Shown here in pieces: positions 22,345 through 33,333 of a DNA stretch of 64,000 nucleotides. The notes beneath the pieces were generated by a model. That model saw only the letters and a program-made list of their open reading frames with translations, ran no database searches and had not been told where the DNA came from. How positions within the stretch are numbered: the first letter of the stretch is position 1; each line of letters begins with the position of its first letter. Made by a program: the position numbers and the translations under genes. Source of the stretch: Corallochytrium limacisporum Hawaii (lineage: Eukaryota; Protista; Pluriformea). Where the stretch lies: assembly GCA_002811645.1 (NCBI GenBank), contig PDIP01000257.1, positions 25,524-89,523 of the forward strand, written 5' to 3'.

Positions 22345-23736
22345 TCAAATGCCAATGTGCTTCTCCATCACATCCTGGTCCATGGAAGGCCCCAAGGGCC
22401 ACTGGGGATGGTACATGATGCGATGTGGCGAGCCCTCTCTGGCCCTGCCTTCCTTGTAGTGCTCCCCAGCTGTCCAGGCAATCATCATGGCATTGTCCGT
22501 ACACAGCTGTGGAGAAGGGAACACTACGGGCACCTGATACCGTGCACCGAGAGCACTCATGGTCCCACGGACGGCTTTGTTCGAGGCCACGCCCCCGGCG
22601 ACCATCAGACCGTTCGGATGCCAGCCCTTGTGGTCACGGAGGTAAAGTAAGGCCCGTTCCGTCTTCTTGCGAAGCTGACGTGCCACCGCGGACTGTACAG
22701 AGGCCGCCAGGTCACGGTGCAGGTCGACTGGCAGTACAATGTGCTCCTCCGGATCTCGATTACCCCTCCTTTCCGACACTAGGTCACGCAGCACAAACTT
22801 TGCCTTGCTCTTCACTCCTGCAAAGGAAAAGGAACAGTCACGCTTCTTGGCATTACCGATGGGAATATCGAAGCGATACGGATCGGCGCCCGGCAGGCCG
22901 GCAAGCTGCTCGATGAAACGACCGTTCACTTGACCCAAGTTCGGCATCGACAGTGGATCTGTGTACCGTGCCATTTCCCGCGCAACCTTGTCTAAGCACT
23001 CCCCGGGGGCATCGTCCAGCGTCTCCCCCAGAACCGCGTAATGGCCCAGATTCTCTGCAGCAACCAGGAGAGAGTGGCCTCCTGAGATAAGCAATCCAAG
23101 AAAAGGGAACTGTAACCTTGTGGCCGGTGCAAAATGGGGCGCCGGCGTACTCTCTTCCATACGCGTAGCATTAATGGCGCTTGAGACATTGCTGTTGGCC
23201 ATCTGGTCACCGTTATCTGGTTCTTCCGCCCCCCTTTGTAGATGTTTGGCTTCCAGCGCCTTCATCTGCTGTCTTTGCTGCATGACTGTCTGCCCATCGG
23301 TCAACTGTTCCATTCGTCCCGATAGAAGGTGGGCTTCCATATGGTTTACTGCTACCCAAGGAACACCCGGGATGCGATTGTGGAGATCATTGAGAACCTG
23401 TACCCCGACGGCCAGACACGGTGCCAAGCCAGGGCCCGTGGTCACACCGTAGCAGGTCACATCCCGCAGATTGATGCCCGCCTGCTCCAGGGCTCCGTTG
23501 ATGGCTGGTCCCACATTTTCCTTGTGTAACTTGCCCGCAATCGGAGGGTAGACGCCACCCAAGGCCTTGTGTTCTGTGGATTGGGTGATAAGTACATTGG
23601 AAATGACCTCCCCTGAATCGATGTCTACCACTGCCGCACCAGTATCATCGAACGTGCATTCAACTCCCAGAGCCAGGCGCCTCGAAGAGACCATGAATCG
23701 ATGCCCACTGAATGCTCTGCGCACAATTGTAGCCAT
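22345..23736 (-). CDS. OSGEPL1: Mitochondrial tRNA N6-threonylcarbamoyltransferase (Qri7/TsaD family)
   Basis: NHMEAH metal motif, LLISGGHS, DDAPGECLDKVAR, FSFAGVK, VAGGVASN and CTDNAMMIAW. Arg-rich presequence-like N-terminus; first ATG at 23736. Confidence 0.93.
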   Translation of the reverse strand: MATIVRRAFSGHRFMVSSRRLALGVECTFDDTGAAVVDIDSGEVISNVLITQSTEHKALGGVYPPIAGKLHKENVGPAINGALEQAGINLRDVTCYGVTTGPGLAPCLAVGVQVLNDLHNRIPGVPWVAVNHMEAHLLSGRMEQLTDGQTVMQQRQQMKALEAKHLQRGAEEPDNGDQMANSNVSSAINATRMEESTPAPHFAPATRLQFPFLGLLISGGHSLLVAAENLGHYAVLGETLDDAPGECLDKVAREMARYTDPLSMPNLGQVNGRFIEQLAGLPGADPYRFDIPIGNAKKRDCSFSFAGVKSKAKFVLRDLVSERRGNRDPEEHIVLPVDLHRDLAASVQSAVARQLRKKTERALLYLRDHKGWHPNGLMVAGGVASNKAVRGTMSALGARYQVPVVFPSPQLCTDNAMMIAWTAGEHYKEGRAREGSPHRIMYHPQWPLGPSMDQDVMEKHIGI

Positions 23737-24877
23737 TCTGTGCACACTTATGACAGATCCTGGCTGACGAGAATATGGAGAATACTCTTCGTGGGAAACA
23801 CAAGTGGGAAGTGGGAAAATACAACTTTGGCCAGTTACCCTGAACGGCGCACCTAAATTGATATTCCACCGCTGAATCGAACTGTACTTTTTTCTTTATC
23901 TTCTAGAACGCACAGTTTTTGGCTACCATCGTGGACGTGATTATGCACAACAGCGATTGAAATACCCGCAGTGCCGTTGGGCGCCCCTGAGCTCTCAACA
24001 TCCGCGTGGGTGGGGGGTACCCACTCTGTGCCCTGAGTACTGCCCAACAAACCGGGCAGCAGTAAGGTCCAGAAAGCAGAGGTGTTTCCGATTTGGGGCC
24101 TATTTTACGTGCCGAGGAGAAAGTGCCAAGGCCCCCCCCCCCCACCAAAGGTTCAAAGGAAGCCCAGGTGAAAGAGTTCGGATGGGGGCGGGTCCCCCGT
24201 GCAAGTCTCGGTCGCCAACCGAGGGGGTGGGCAATCGTGACGTTGAGCTTGGACAGACAAGGAGTGCAATGCAGTACATTCAGTACGCAAGCGAGATGGG
24301 AAAGGGCATGCGGCACAGTTTTAAATTCGGGGACAGGCGTTCATGTGTGCGCCCCAGGGCACCGGGCCCCAGGTTCACCCAAATTCCCCAGTTGGCATAG
24401 CTACTTCAAGAGGAACCCGGTTTCGGAGCCCTATCCCTTTCGTCTTCGTGCCTATCGCTCGGCCAACTGATCAAGCGCCCGGAAAATTCTTGGGTCCCTA
24501 AACATATACAGGCCCCCCCTTTCAATCAGCTGTGGTCCATGGGCAGCCGGAGAGGGGCGGCAGAAAGATTCGCTCGGGCAATCTCGTAGATCTCCTCCTC
24601 GGGAGCCAATGTCGAGTAGGTTTGATGAGCGCAACTGCGGGATTCGAATCGTATCCATAGGCCGTCTTGAAGATCATTTATGGTACTTTAATTATTGGAT
24701 ATTGTATGTTTAGAAGACAGACGTGGAATTTAAAGGCATTCATTTCTCTGCGTGTCTGCATGAACACGTGACGTTTTGCAACAGGTTCTGGACAAAGCAA
24801 AATGGACTAAAACATGCTTTGTATTCATACAATTACAAGGTATAACATTTAGTTAATAGTGCAGGAGGAACCATAGC

Positions 24878-25939
24878 ATGAGCTCCCGCTACCAGGGAGG
24901 TCCACTCCGAAAGAATGGCTTCGAAATGCCTTTGCATCCGCGGCAGGTTTTGTCATGGATTATTCTTGTCGCGTGCTTTGTCCTTATCCTGGGTGCACTA
25001 TCCCCGACATTAAAGAACGCTGGTATGAAAACTTTGGCAATCTTCACAGAGGTATACCTTTCGATTTTCCTGGCCCTGCATGTCATTGTCAACTGTACTG
25101 CAACAATAATCGATCCTGCGGATCGGCACATCTATGTCAAAGAAGAGGAAGATATCGGATACAATGACAACGAAGCGATTGCGGGCGATCGTGCAGTGGA
25201 AGAAGGCGAATTGGGCGAAAATCAGCGTGACTTGACCGTGATGTGCCAATGGTGCCGCAAAATGGTCGAAAAGAAATCCAAGCACTGCAGAACCTGCAAC
25301 AAGTGTGTTGCTTCGTTTGATCACCATTGCATGTGGCTGAACAATTGTGTAGGAGAGCACAACTACACATATTTTGTCGGCACGCTAGCTACCGCGTTTG
25401 TGTTAGCAGGATATGCTTCAGGCCTGTCTCTGTACGTTTTGATCGAGGTTGCGCGGGATGCGAATGCATTCTTAGATGAGAGTACGGGGGTCCAGTGCAC
25501 TTACTTCGGATCGGACCAGACAAGCGATTGTGACCGGGGGCTCTTGGCCATGGCGGCCGTAGTGGCGGTGCTATCGACGGTGGGAACTCTGTCAATGGCA
25601 CAGTTGGGCATGTTCCACATTTACATTAGCTATCGGGGGATCACTACGTACGATTACATCCTCGAAGGTCGGGCGGCAGATCAGCGGAAACAAGACGAGA
25701 GACTTGCCAAGGAACAAGCTAAAGCGAAGGCCGTACTGGCTAGGGAGAGCCCCAGTGAACAAAACAAGACAGTGCCTACGGATTCTGTGGCATCGAATGG
25801 ACAGGCAGTTATCAACGTTAAGAAGGCCTGGGATGAGAGTGATAACAATCCCATTCTGGAACCCGCATCGGGGGTGTTGGAGAATGACAGCAAGCCTCCC
25901 ACTTCTGGCCCTCGTGACTCACACCCATTCGGTGCGTAG
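24878..25939 (+). CDS. DHHC palmitoyltransferase (ZDHHC1/11-like)
   Basis: C..C...SKHCRTCNKCVASFDHHCMWLNNCVG..NY, TTYDYI motif, four TM segments and N-terminal RKNGF..PLHPRQ. Confidence 0.95.
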   Translation: MSSRYQGGPLRKNGFEMPLHPRQVLSWIILVACFVLILGALSPTLKNAGMKTLAIFTEVYLSIFLALHVIVNCTATIIDPADRHIYVKEEEDIGYNDNEAIAGDRAVEEGELGENQRDLTVMCQWCRKMVEKKSKHCRTCNKCVASFDHHCMWLNNCVGEHNYTYFVGTLATAFVLAGYASGLSLYVLIEVARDANAFLDESTGVQCTYFGSDQTSDCDRGLLAMAAVVAVLSTVGTLSMAQLGMFHIYISYRGITTYDYILEGRAADQRKQDERLAKEQAKAKAVLARESPSEQNKTVPTDSVASNGQAVINVKKAWDESDNNPILEPASGVLENDSKPPTSGPRDSHPFGA

Positions 25940-26682
25940 CTCAATGATTTACAGGGTCCCACAACCACCAAATCTCCTGTACATTACAAACGACCTCTTA
26001 CTGCATGCATGTACAAAGTAAAAAACTAGGCATTCATTAGAACAGCATTGCACCAAATCAAATCATTCTTTCGTTGGTACTCAGCTGCCCCAGCAACATA
26101 ATCAGATTTCCTTATTCCCAACCCAGAGCGACCGAGGCTGGGAAGCAAGCAAAAATTAGACTCCGCTTTTCCCAAACTTCGGAGATGTCCACCGGGGCTG
26201 GACCGGTAATTTACCGGGTCGGCGTATTAAGACCTTGCCCATCTGCGCACTTGGGGATAGCCAGGGGGGCCGGGGGGGGGGGGGACCATTGTTGATGAGA
26301 AGAAAAAGGGGGGAACGAACGCACGGATGCGAAAGCGAAAGAATTTTCGGTGAGTGTGCCGGTGACCGAAAAAGGGACCTCGCACGACGGTACACTTTTG
26401 GAGGACGATCGGACAGCCTTTGGTGCGGCCGTAGAATGACAGTCGCGGCGCAGGCGAATGCTCTCTGCCCCGAATATGGTTTAGGATTCTATGCTCTAGT
26501 GTTGTAGAGCGAGCTACTTACAGTTGACTGGGATCAAGTCTTTCTGGACACGAAATTGATTTCATTGTAGGAGGTCGGGTTAGGTTGTGGTTTCGTAGAT
26601 CGGACCCTGGAAAGTACAATCATGGTTGTACCATGAGTTTAGTTATTACAATTTCGAGAATTCAATGTAAGCTATCGCAAAA

Positions 26683-28692
26683 ATGTTTAAGCGCATGCCG
26701 AACCGATTGCTGACGGTGGTCCAGCTGATAGCAATTCTTTGTCTCGCCTACGTCGTCCTCTTCGAATGGTTTCATCAGAGTACGGGATATCAAGTCCGTG
26801 GGCGTGCCTTTGAATTGCACGCTACTTATCGCAAAGCCAATCCAAATGAGTTTGTGGTCACCCTGGCCACAGAATATTCTGCGGTCGTCACAATCCGAGC
26901 CATGGAGAAGCACACTGGGGGAATAATCGAAACCAATGAGATCACGAGTCCTCGTGACACACACAAGGCGTTCGCGATCAGCAACTTCGAGGACATCAAG
27001 CAGGTTGATCTGTATTTCACAGTGTCCAATCCTGGTGTAACGCTTTATTTCGATATTTACCGTGGTAGCAACATGCTTACTCACTACGCAGCAACGGTTC
27101 TCGCAGATCACGCCAAGTATCACATTGCATGGAACGACGACTTTGGAGACTGGGAAGTACACTTCTTTGACGACGACCACCTGCTGCAGAACCACGCTGT
27201 CAGGCCAGAATCTGTGCTACCATTCAATCAGTTCTCACAGCAATGTTATAACGCCGGCTTTAATCCGCTCTGGCGGATACGAACGCTCGATGACCCAAAG
27301 CAACGCTACATGATTTACACGTGCAAAGGCGGGCTGAGCAACAACCTCAGTGTCTTAGCTACCGCATTACTGGAGGCGTCGTGTTTAGGCAGGGTCTTGG
27401 TGATCATGCCCATGTGCAACAGCCACATCCATACATCTTTCGATGGCGGCGTGTTTGGTTACAGAGAGCTTGGTCCCATCCGTACGGTCCGCGAACCGTC
27501 GTCGCTCCGAGGTCGCTACGAGGAACGCGATGTCCAATTCGGCCTGACCCCGTGGCCCGTGAGCGTGGAGATTTCAGATCAGGCAAATCCACATAATGTC
27601 TGGCACAACTGGCCTAGTGCGTCACTGCAGGTGCTGCCGCCGCGTTTCCGGAAGCCCGTGCCAGTGCGGTGGACAGATTACTTTGATTTGGCGGATAAGG
27701 AGGAGATGCCTGTGACCATAGACTTTGTCGATTTTGTCAATGCTAACCGCGATTTCGATGGCCAAGTGATGTCGTGTTTGTACCATGAGAATCTCACCCG
27801 ACTGAAACTCTCTAACTTTGTTGCTGATCATTGGAACGATAGTGTCATGTGCTTCATGGCCCCCTTCTTGCGCGAATTGAGCGGTAAGCTGAGCAACATA
27901 CAAATGAACGAGCGCAGTCTAAACGGATGCAGCGCCGGTATGTCCTATATGACGCGACGGATGTCGATTGTCTCTCGTGGTAAGCTGCCTAAAGTCCCGA
28001 AGGGCATGAAATCTATGGTCAAGGAAATTGAAGATATTGTCGAGGACGACGGCACTGACCCCGTGCACACTCTACAGACCTTGGGACGAGGCGTAGTCAG
28101 CGTGCGCTGGCGTCAGGGTGACTTTGAGGGCTACTGTCAGAGCACAGTCCAGGAATCTAAGGATCTCGAACGGTGTGCCTGGAGCAAGGATTATCTCATC
28201 CAACGTCTTACCGACTTCATGGTTGAGCACAAGAACAGGTACCACACGATCATCATTGTATCGGAGACCACCCTCGACAAAAATTGGCTACATGATGTAA
28301 ATGTTCGGATCCGCAAGCTGATCGGAAACCACGCCTTAGTCGTATCATTGCCAGCCGTTCGGCAAGCTCTCGGGAAAGTGCGCTTGGAGGGTACGTTCAG
28401 ACTGCTTTCCTTGGCAGACATGACCATGTTTGAAAACCCGGATGAAGTGAAACAGCGCGAACAGGAAACACGCATTGCATGGCAGGATCGCCTGCTTCAC
28501 GGTAAGGACGGTGAGGACGCCCGGGGCCTGGTTAACTACTTCGAACAGGTCCAGCAATGGGATGAAATTTTTGAGGACATTTGTCTGAGTGTGACATCAG
28601 AGGTTCACATTGGTAATCAATGGTCGAGCTTTGATGAGTTCCTAATTTCCGGACTGCGACGAGCAATCGGGAAAGAAACTAATCGATTGTAA
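26683..28692 (+). CDS. Type II membrane GDP-fucose O-fucosyltransferase-family protein
   Basis: N-terminal signal anchor; GGLSNN....A...A..LGRVLV.P, VSVRWRQGDF and ICL...EVHIGNQWSSF motifs of O-FucT-like GT-B enzymes. Confidence 0.75.
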   Translation: MFKRMPNRLLTVVQLIAILCLAYVVLFEWFHQSTGYQVRGRAFELHATYRKANPNEFVVTLATEYSAVVTIRAMEKHTGGIIETNEITSPRDTHKAFAISNFEDIKQVDLYFTVSNPGVTLYFDIYRGSNMLTHYAATVLADHAKYHIAWNDDFGDWEVHFFDDDHLLQNHAVRPESVLPFNQFSQQCYNAGFNPLWRIRTLDDPKQRYMIYTCKGGLSNNLSVLATALLEASCLGRVLVIMPMCNSHIHTSFDGGVFGYRELGPIRTVREPSSLRGRYEERDVQFGLTPWPVSVEISDQANPHNVWHNWPSASLQVLPPRFRKPVPVRWTDYFDLADKEEMPVTIDFVDFVNANRDFDGQVMSCLYHENLTRLKLSNFVADHWNDSVMCFMAPFLRELSGKLSNIQMNERSLNGCSAGMSYMTRRMSIVSRGKLPKVPKGMKSMVKEIEDIVEDDGTDPVHTLQTLGRGVVSVRWRQGDFEGYCQSTVQESKDLERCAWSKDYLIQRLTDFMVEHKNRYHTIIIVSETTLDKNWLHDVNVRIRKLIGNHALVVSLPAVRQALGKVRLEGTFRLLSLADMTMFENPDEVKQREQETRIAWQDRLLHGKDGEDARGLVNYFEQVQQWDEIFEDICLSVTSEVHIGNQWSSFDEFLISGLRRAIGKETNRL

Positions 28693-28788
28693 ACTAGTTG
28701 TCCGAAATCAATGCCAAATTGATAGCTCTGAATTTGTTTCCATATACTGTAATAGTGTTACCTTTGTTGCGTTTTTCTTTTTATTGGT

Positions 28789-30597
28789 TTAATACTCCTC
28801 GTGTAGTTCATCACCTCCTATGACGCCTTGAACGGCACCGTCAGTGGTGTTACCGTTGTGTTCATGTAAATGGTAGTATGATGAATGTCCCTGGACCACT
28901 TCAGTTACGGAATTGGTCTTAAACATCGCGGCCAGTTCGTCAGCAGGTTCGTCCTTCCATGAACTATTATGCAGCAGACCCGAGGCCAGCAGCATGGCAT
29001 GTCCCCGCGAAATTTGCTGTGTGGATGGTGCTTCATTGCCAAAGCTGACGCGATGCCCGCTCGGACTCGGGCTGCGTGAAAGGGCCGAACGGAAAGTCGA
29101 CGGTGCAGTATTATTCATGTCCGGGGACAGCGCACCACCTCGAGATGGCGACCTGAGGACGCCAGGTGGTAGAGATGTGTTTAGTACTGAGGCGCTTGCC
29201 GTCTGATGGTGAATGGGTAGTGCCTTCGGGGGAGAGGCAGGCCGCGGCACTGCCGCTGGCTCCGGTGCAGAGTGGTTCGTCGACTGCGATTGATTGAAGC
29301 GGCCACCTCCACCGTAGAGTGAGGCCATCGTCGTCTGCACATCCGTGTCCGCCCAACCGTGTCCGCTTGTCTCTGCGCGCATAAACAACTGAAGCTTGGT
29401 GCGAATCTCTCCGACATACTTGTCATTGGCCTCCTGCATAGCCTTGATCTCATTCGCCTGAAATTGTACCATGTCGCGGAGTTCTTCGATGGTCTCTTGT
29501 TGGCTGTCACTCGTTTCCTGTAGCAAAGCGATGGTACGCTCTTTCTCTTTGACTAACTCATCTGACTCAAGTGCTTTGACGGTCATAATTTCACGATCAC
29601 GTACCTTCTCCTCTAGTTTGTTGCGCAAAGATTCTATCCTACTCTCTAAGGTCCTGATGTGATCAACTAGCTCCTCGTTTTCTCGTCGATGCCGAAAAAT
29701 GTCGTCTTCCAACTTTGCCTTGGTATCCAGTGATTGCTCTGCCGCAATTAGTCGGTCCTGCATCTCCGTTAGAGACTTCATCGCGCGCGAAAGATGGGCC
29801 TGTGCTTCCTCATAGCGTGCGTGCAGCTTATCGTACTGTTCTCGCAGTTTCGTGTTCCGCTCCGTGAGTTTATCATTCTCCTTGCCAGTTTGGTTGGCGA
29901 GTTCCTGCATACCCAGGGCTTCTTTCCTCTTGTTTCCAGCCGCTAGCCGCAGTTTCGACTCCCGCGACCTCATTTCCGAGAGAAGGGATACGCATTGCTC
30001 TAGTTCGGCCTCTTTCTTGTTGTATGCCCTTCGCAACTCTCCTAATTTCTGTTCCATAGAGTGCGTAGTGGTCTTGGAAGAACGGAGAGTCCCCTGTGCC
30101 GCAGCATTGGTTCGCTGCAATTTCGCCAGCTCTGTCTGTAGCTGAGTCTCCCGCTCATGCAGAGTTGTATTTTCAGCAACGAGCTTCATGTTTGACCGGT
30201 GCAGCACGTCGCGTTGCTGCGTAATTTCTTCGAGTTGGATAGTGAGTCTCATGGTATCCATATGCATTTGGTCCTGCTCCGCTAAGGACCGGGCTGTCGC
30301 AGACAGAAACCCGTACCCGGCATGTGGATGTGAGGACTCGGTTATGTTGAAGCCTGTAGAGTTCGGCGACAGATTTTCATCAACCGCGGTTGGTCCTGTA
30401 TCATCCAGCTTCCGCTGTGGCGAAGGTGACTGGCTGCCGGCTGAACTGTTAAGGAGTGACTCCAGAGTCCGCGGTTGAAGTCCTTCGTCACCCATGGAGC
30501 TGTCATTAAGAATGTTGTCGCTCATATTGAGGCCGACTTCACCAAGTAATCGACTAAGGTAAGTGTGCTTGCCACTGTTCCCGGTGGTATTGACCAT
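28789..30597 (-). CDS. Uncharacterised long coiled-coil protein with SP-rich disordered ends
   Basis: 602-codon ORF; about 300 aa of E/K/R/L/Q-rich heptad pattern; multiple SP sites. Start could be a downstream Met. Confidence 0.85.
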   Translation of the reverse strand: MVNTTGNSGKHTYLSRLLGEVGLNMSDNILNDSSMGDEGLQPRTLESLLNSSAGSQSPSPQRKLDDTGPTAVDENLSPNSTGFNITESSHPHAGYGFLSATARSLAEQDQMHMDTMRLTIQLEEITQQRDVLHRSNMKLVAENTTLHERETQLQTELAKLQRTNAAAQGTLRSSKTTTHSMEQKLGELRRAYNKKEAELEQCVSLLSEMRSRESKLRLAAGNKRKEALGMQELANQTGKENDKLTERNTKLREQYDKLHARYEEAQAHLSRAMKSLTEMQDRLIAAEQSLDTKAKLEDDIFRHRRENEELVDHIRTLESRIESLRNKLEEKVRDREIMTVKALESDELVKEKERTIALLQETSDSQQETIEELRDMVQFQANEIKAMQEANDKYVGEIRTKLQLFMRAETSGHGWADTDVQTTMASLYGGGGRFNQSQSTNHSAPEPAAVPRPASPPKALPIHHQTASASVLNTSLPPGVLRSPSRGGALSPDMNNTAPSTFRSALSRSPSPSGHRVSFGNEAPSTQQISRGHAMLLASGLLHNSSWKDEPADELAAMFKTNSVTEVVQGHSSYYHLHEHNGNTTDGAVQGVIGGDELHEEY

Positions 30598-31288
30598 ACC
30601 CTACCCTCGTCAAAGATCCTAACCACACTCTGATGATGGTAATAATGGCGTCGTGGCGGCAGCCATGGTCCAAACCCCGACCCAAGCCGAATAGTTGATC
30701 CCTTCACCGTCGTTTCCCGCCTGTCTAGGAGTCACTGGCCTTGTTCAACTCCTGAATGGGTTGCCCAATTGAACGAACATACAAGCTTTGCATAGTATTG
30801 AACACCTGTGTTTCTCTGCAATCAAATACCCTGACATGGTTGAATCAACACTGGAAGACACGGGAAGAGAGTGAGCGTCGGATCCGCTTTGCGACCCACC
30901 CATCGCCCTCGCTCCCCCCTCCCGCTTCTGCCTGCGCTGCCGGGGCCTTTAAAAGCAGGCAGCGGTCCCTACTTTTCCCGCCGAATCTTCTCCTTTTGGG
31001 AGGGGCCCAATTCTTGAGGAGAAACCCCATGGAAGGCTGAACGGTTTTGGTTGTTGGGGCCAAAATTAGGCCCCTAATTTGTTTTGTTCGTTTCCAGACT
31101 GTGGATACCAACTATCGTAGTCGATCACAGACACATTCGTGGGGCTCTATTGATATTGGTTCTGGATTTACTCTCTTGCTTCACTCCTTCCTATTTCAAT
31201 TTCCATCTAAATTGCATGACATGGCACTGTTTTATCATTTCATTACAGATCAAGGGAATGGGCGTATAATGTACTAATATGTGGTTCG

Positions 31289-32254
31289 ATGCTGCGCACC
31301 TTGATATCCCGCAATGGGCTAAGCGCAATAAACGTATCGTGCGGTAAGATAGCGCTGCTGCACGCTGCAGTGGCCACGACAAGTATGAAATTAATTGACT
31401 GTCATTGTCATCTGAGCGACGATCATTTCACAGATGCGGTACTGGCAAAGAATATTTCTGAAGCAACCAATGCTTCTGTGCGGATCAACATTGGTGTCTC
31501 GGAGAACATAGAGACTGCAGAGAAACTATTAAGGGTAGTGAAGGACCATGATTCACGCGTACGGATCTGTCTCGGACTGCACCCAGTCCAAGCCGACAGG
31601 AATGAAGACCCCGAGGCTGAATTTGACACAATCGAGAGATCTGCAACTGTGGAGGAGGTAGACGAAATGATCAAGTTCATTAAAGACCACGCCAATAGTC
31701 TGGGAGAACGGCTGGTTGGGATCGGAGAGGCTGGTCTCGACTTCCAACCTCGCATAGCTGGCACCACGGACAAGAAGGACCAGCAGCGCGAGGTGCTACG
31801 GAAGCAGGCGACCTTGGCCAAAGAACTGGGACTGCCCCTTAATCTTCACAGCCGATCTGCTGGTGGGCCGACGATCCAACTACTGATTGAGGAAGGGTTC
31901 AACCAGCCTGACGCACCAAGGGTACTGTTGCACGCTTTTGATGGTGGCAAGAAGGCTGTCAAGCAAGGTGTGGCTGCAGGCTTTTACTTTAGCATCCCTC
32001 CATCCGTGCTAAGAGAAGGAAGATCTGTGGACAACCACTCCGTTCTTGCTCACTGTCCAATCGAACAACTCTGCCTCGAGACGGACGCGCCAGCGCTCGG
32101 ACCTGAACCCGGTCTTCCGAACGAACTGAAGAATCTGAGGCATTTTAGCCTCAAGGCAGTGAGCCTCCGGCACAAGATTCCCGAGGAGGACGTCGCAGAA
32201 ATTCTGCTGGAAAACACCCTCACAGTCTTTCCACGGTTGCGTTCGGCATTGTAA
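31289..32254 (+). CDS. TATDN3: TatD-family nuclease, TATDN3 type (second in-frame start at 31385)
   Basis: LIDCHCHL, CLGLHPVQ, IGEAGLDF.PR, LHSRSAG, VLLHAFDG, FSIPPS and CLETDAPALGPE. Confidence 0.92.
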   Translation: MLRTLISRNGLSAINVSCGKIALLHAAVATTSMKLIDCHCHLSDDHFTDAVLAKNISEATNASVRINIGVSENIETAEKLLRVVKDHDSRVRICLGLHPVQADRNEDPEAEFDTIERSATVEEVDEMIKFIKDHANSLGERLVGIGEAGLDFQPRIAGTTDKKDQQREVLRKQATLAKELGLPLNLHSRSAGGPTIQLLIEEGFNQPDAPRVLLHAFDGGKKAVKQGVAAGFYFSIPPSVLREGRSVDNHSVLAHCPIEQLCLETDAPALGPEPGLPNELKNLRHFSLKAVSLRHKIPEEDVAEILLENTLTVFPRLRSAL

Positions 32255-32368
32255 TTTTGTTCCTTGACCCACAATAGCAAAGCATGATTAAAGAAAATGT
32301 CAAACATTGCTCACTCTAAATAGAGATTTCTCACTACTATCTACATTTGGCTTTTGAAAATAATTTCT

Positions 32369-32614
32369 TCACTTCTGTTCCTGAAGCTGTGCTCGGAGCT
32401 GTGTTGCAAAGTCATCGTCCATGGTGTCGTCTTCCCAGTCGTCCTCCCACAGTTTCTTATCCTCATCATCTTCTTCGTTCTCGTTCCATTCTTCTGCTGG
32501 GAACTCCTCAAACTCATCATCCTCCTCAAGCAATTCCTTCGGGGGCTCCTCCTTATCGGTGGCGGGTTGTGCCTTGGCCACTTCAGCCGCTGATGCGTCT
32601 CCTACATTTGACAT
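32369..32614 (-). CDS. SEM1: 26S proteasome/BRCA2-associated acidic protein SEM1/DSS1
   Basis: [16 protein letters not shown]...[20 protein letters not shown]. Confidence 0.97.
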   Translation of the reverse strand: MSNVGDASAAEVAKAQPATDKEEPPKELLEEDDEFEEFPAEEWNENEEDDEDKKLWEDDWEDDTMDDDFATQLRAQLQEQK

Positions 32615-33333
32615 TGTGCAATGTGTTACGATTTTCTCTCAGAAACAGTATCATTTGGGGACATCCTGCCTAAGCATTAGTGATATCTAGGATCCTTAAT
32701 AGCAGAAACTCTTTCCTACGCTGCACTAGATCCGATAAAGCGTCAAGCATTATTGTAATGAAGACTTAGAAAACAAAGGCGAGGCCAGTGTCCTGCTTTA
32801 ATTGTTCCGGACCGTTCGGACCGAGGGCTCCGAAAGCGCCATCTGGGAGCACAGCACCGCTGAGGAACCGAGGAGGCCTCAAGAGAAAACAGCCAAAACA
32901 GAGCCGGATCCGGGGCCTATTTTGGAACTTTGAATCTTTGGGCGGGAAGCGAAAGAGTCTGGCACGCAGTGATACCCCGCGGAAAGGGGGGGGGATCCGG
33001 GGCAAAACGCTACCCCTCCGTTGTCCGCCTAAGACCTCGGGGTATCCAGCGCAATAGAAATTTTTTTCTAACGGTTGATGAAGTCATTTTACGGTTGCTT
33101 ACTCTGTCAACTCGTCGATGCGTTGGCAGGTCGTTTTTCGGCGCAATAGTCTTTTGGTGTGCTGTCAGTCATCTTTCATTGATGATGTGATGCCTGGTCT
33201 CGTATGGTAGAAGAATTGCCTACGTATGCATCTCCTACCGTATCTAGACGGGTTCCATGAGTTGCTCTGGGTGCACACAATAAAGAAGCTCATACAGGAA
33301 AAAACCCACAGGGCACACGCACATCCAATAACT

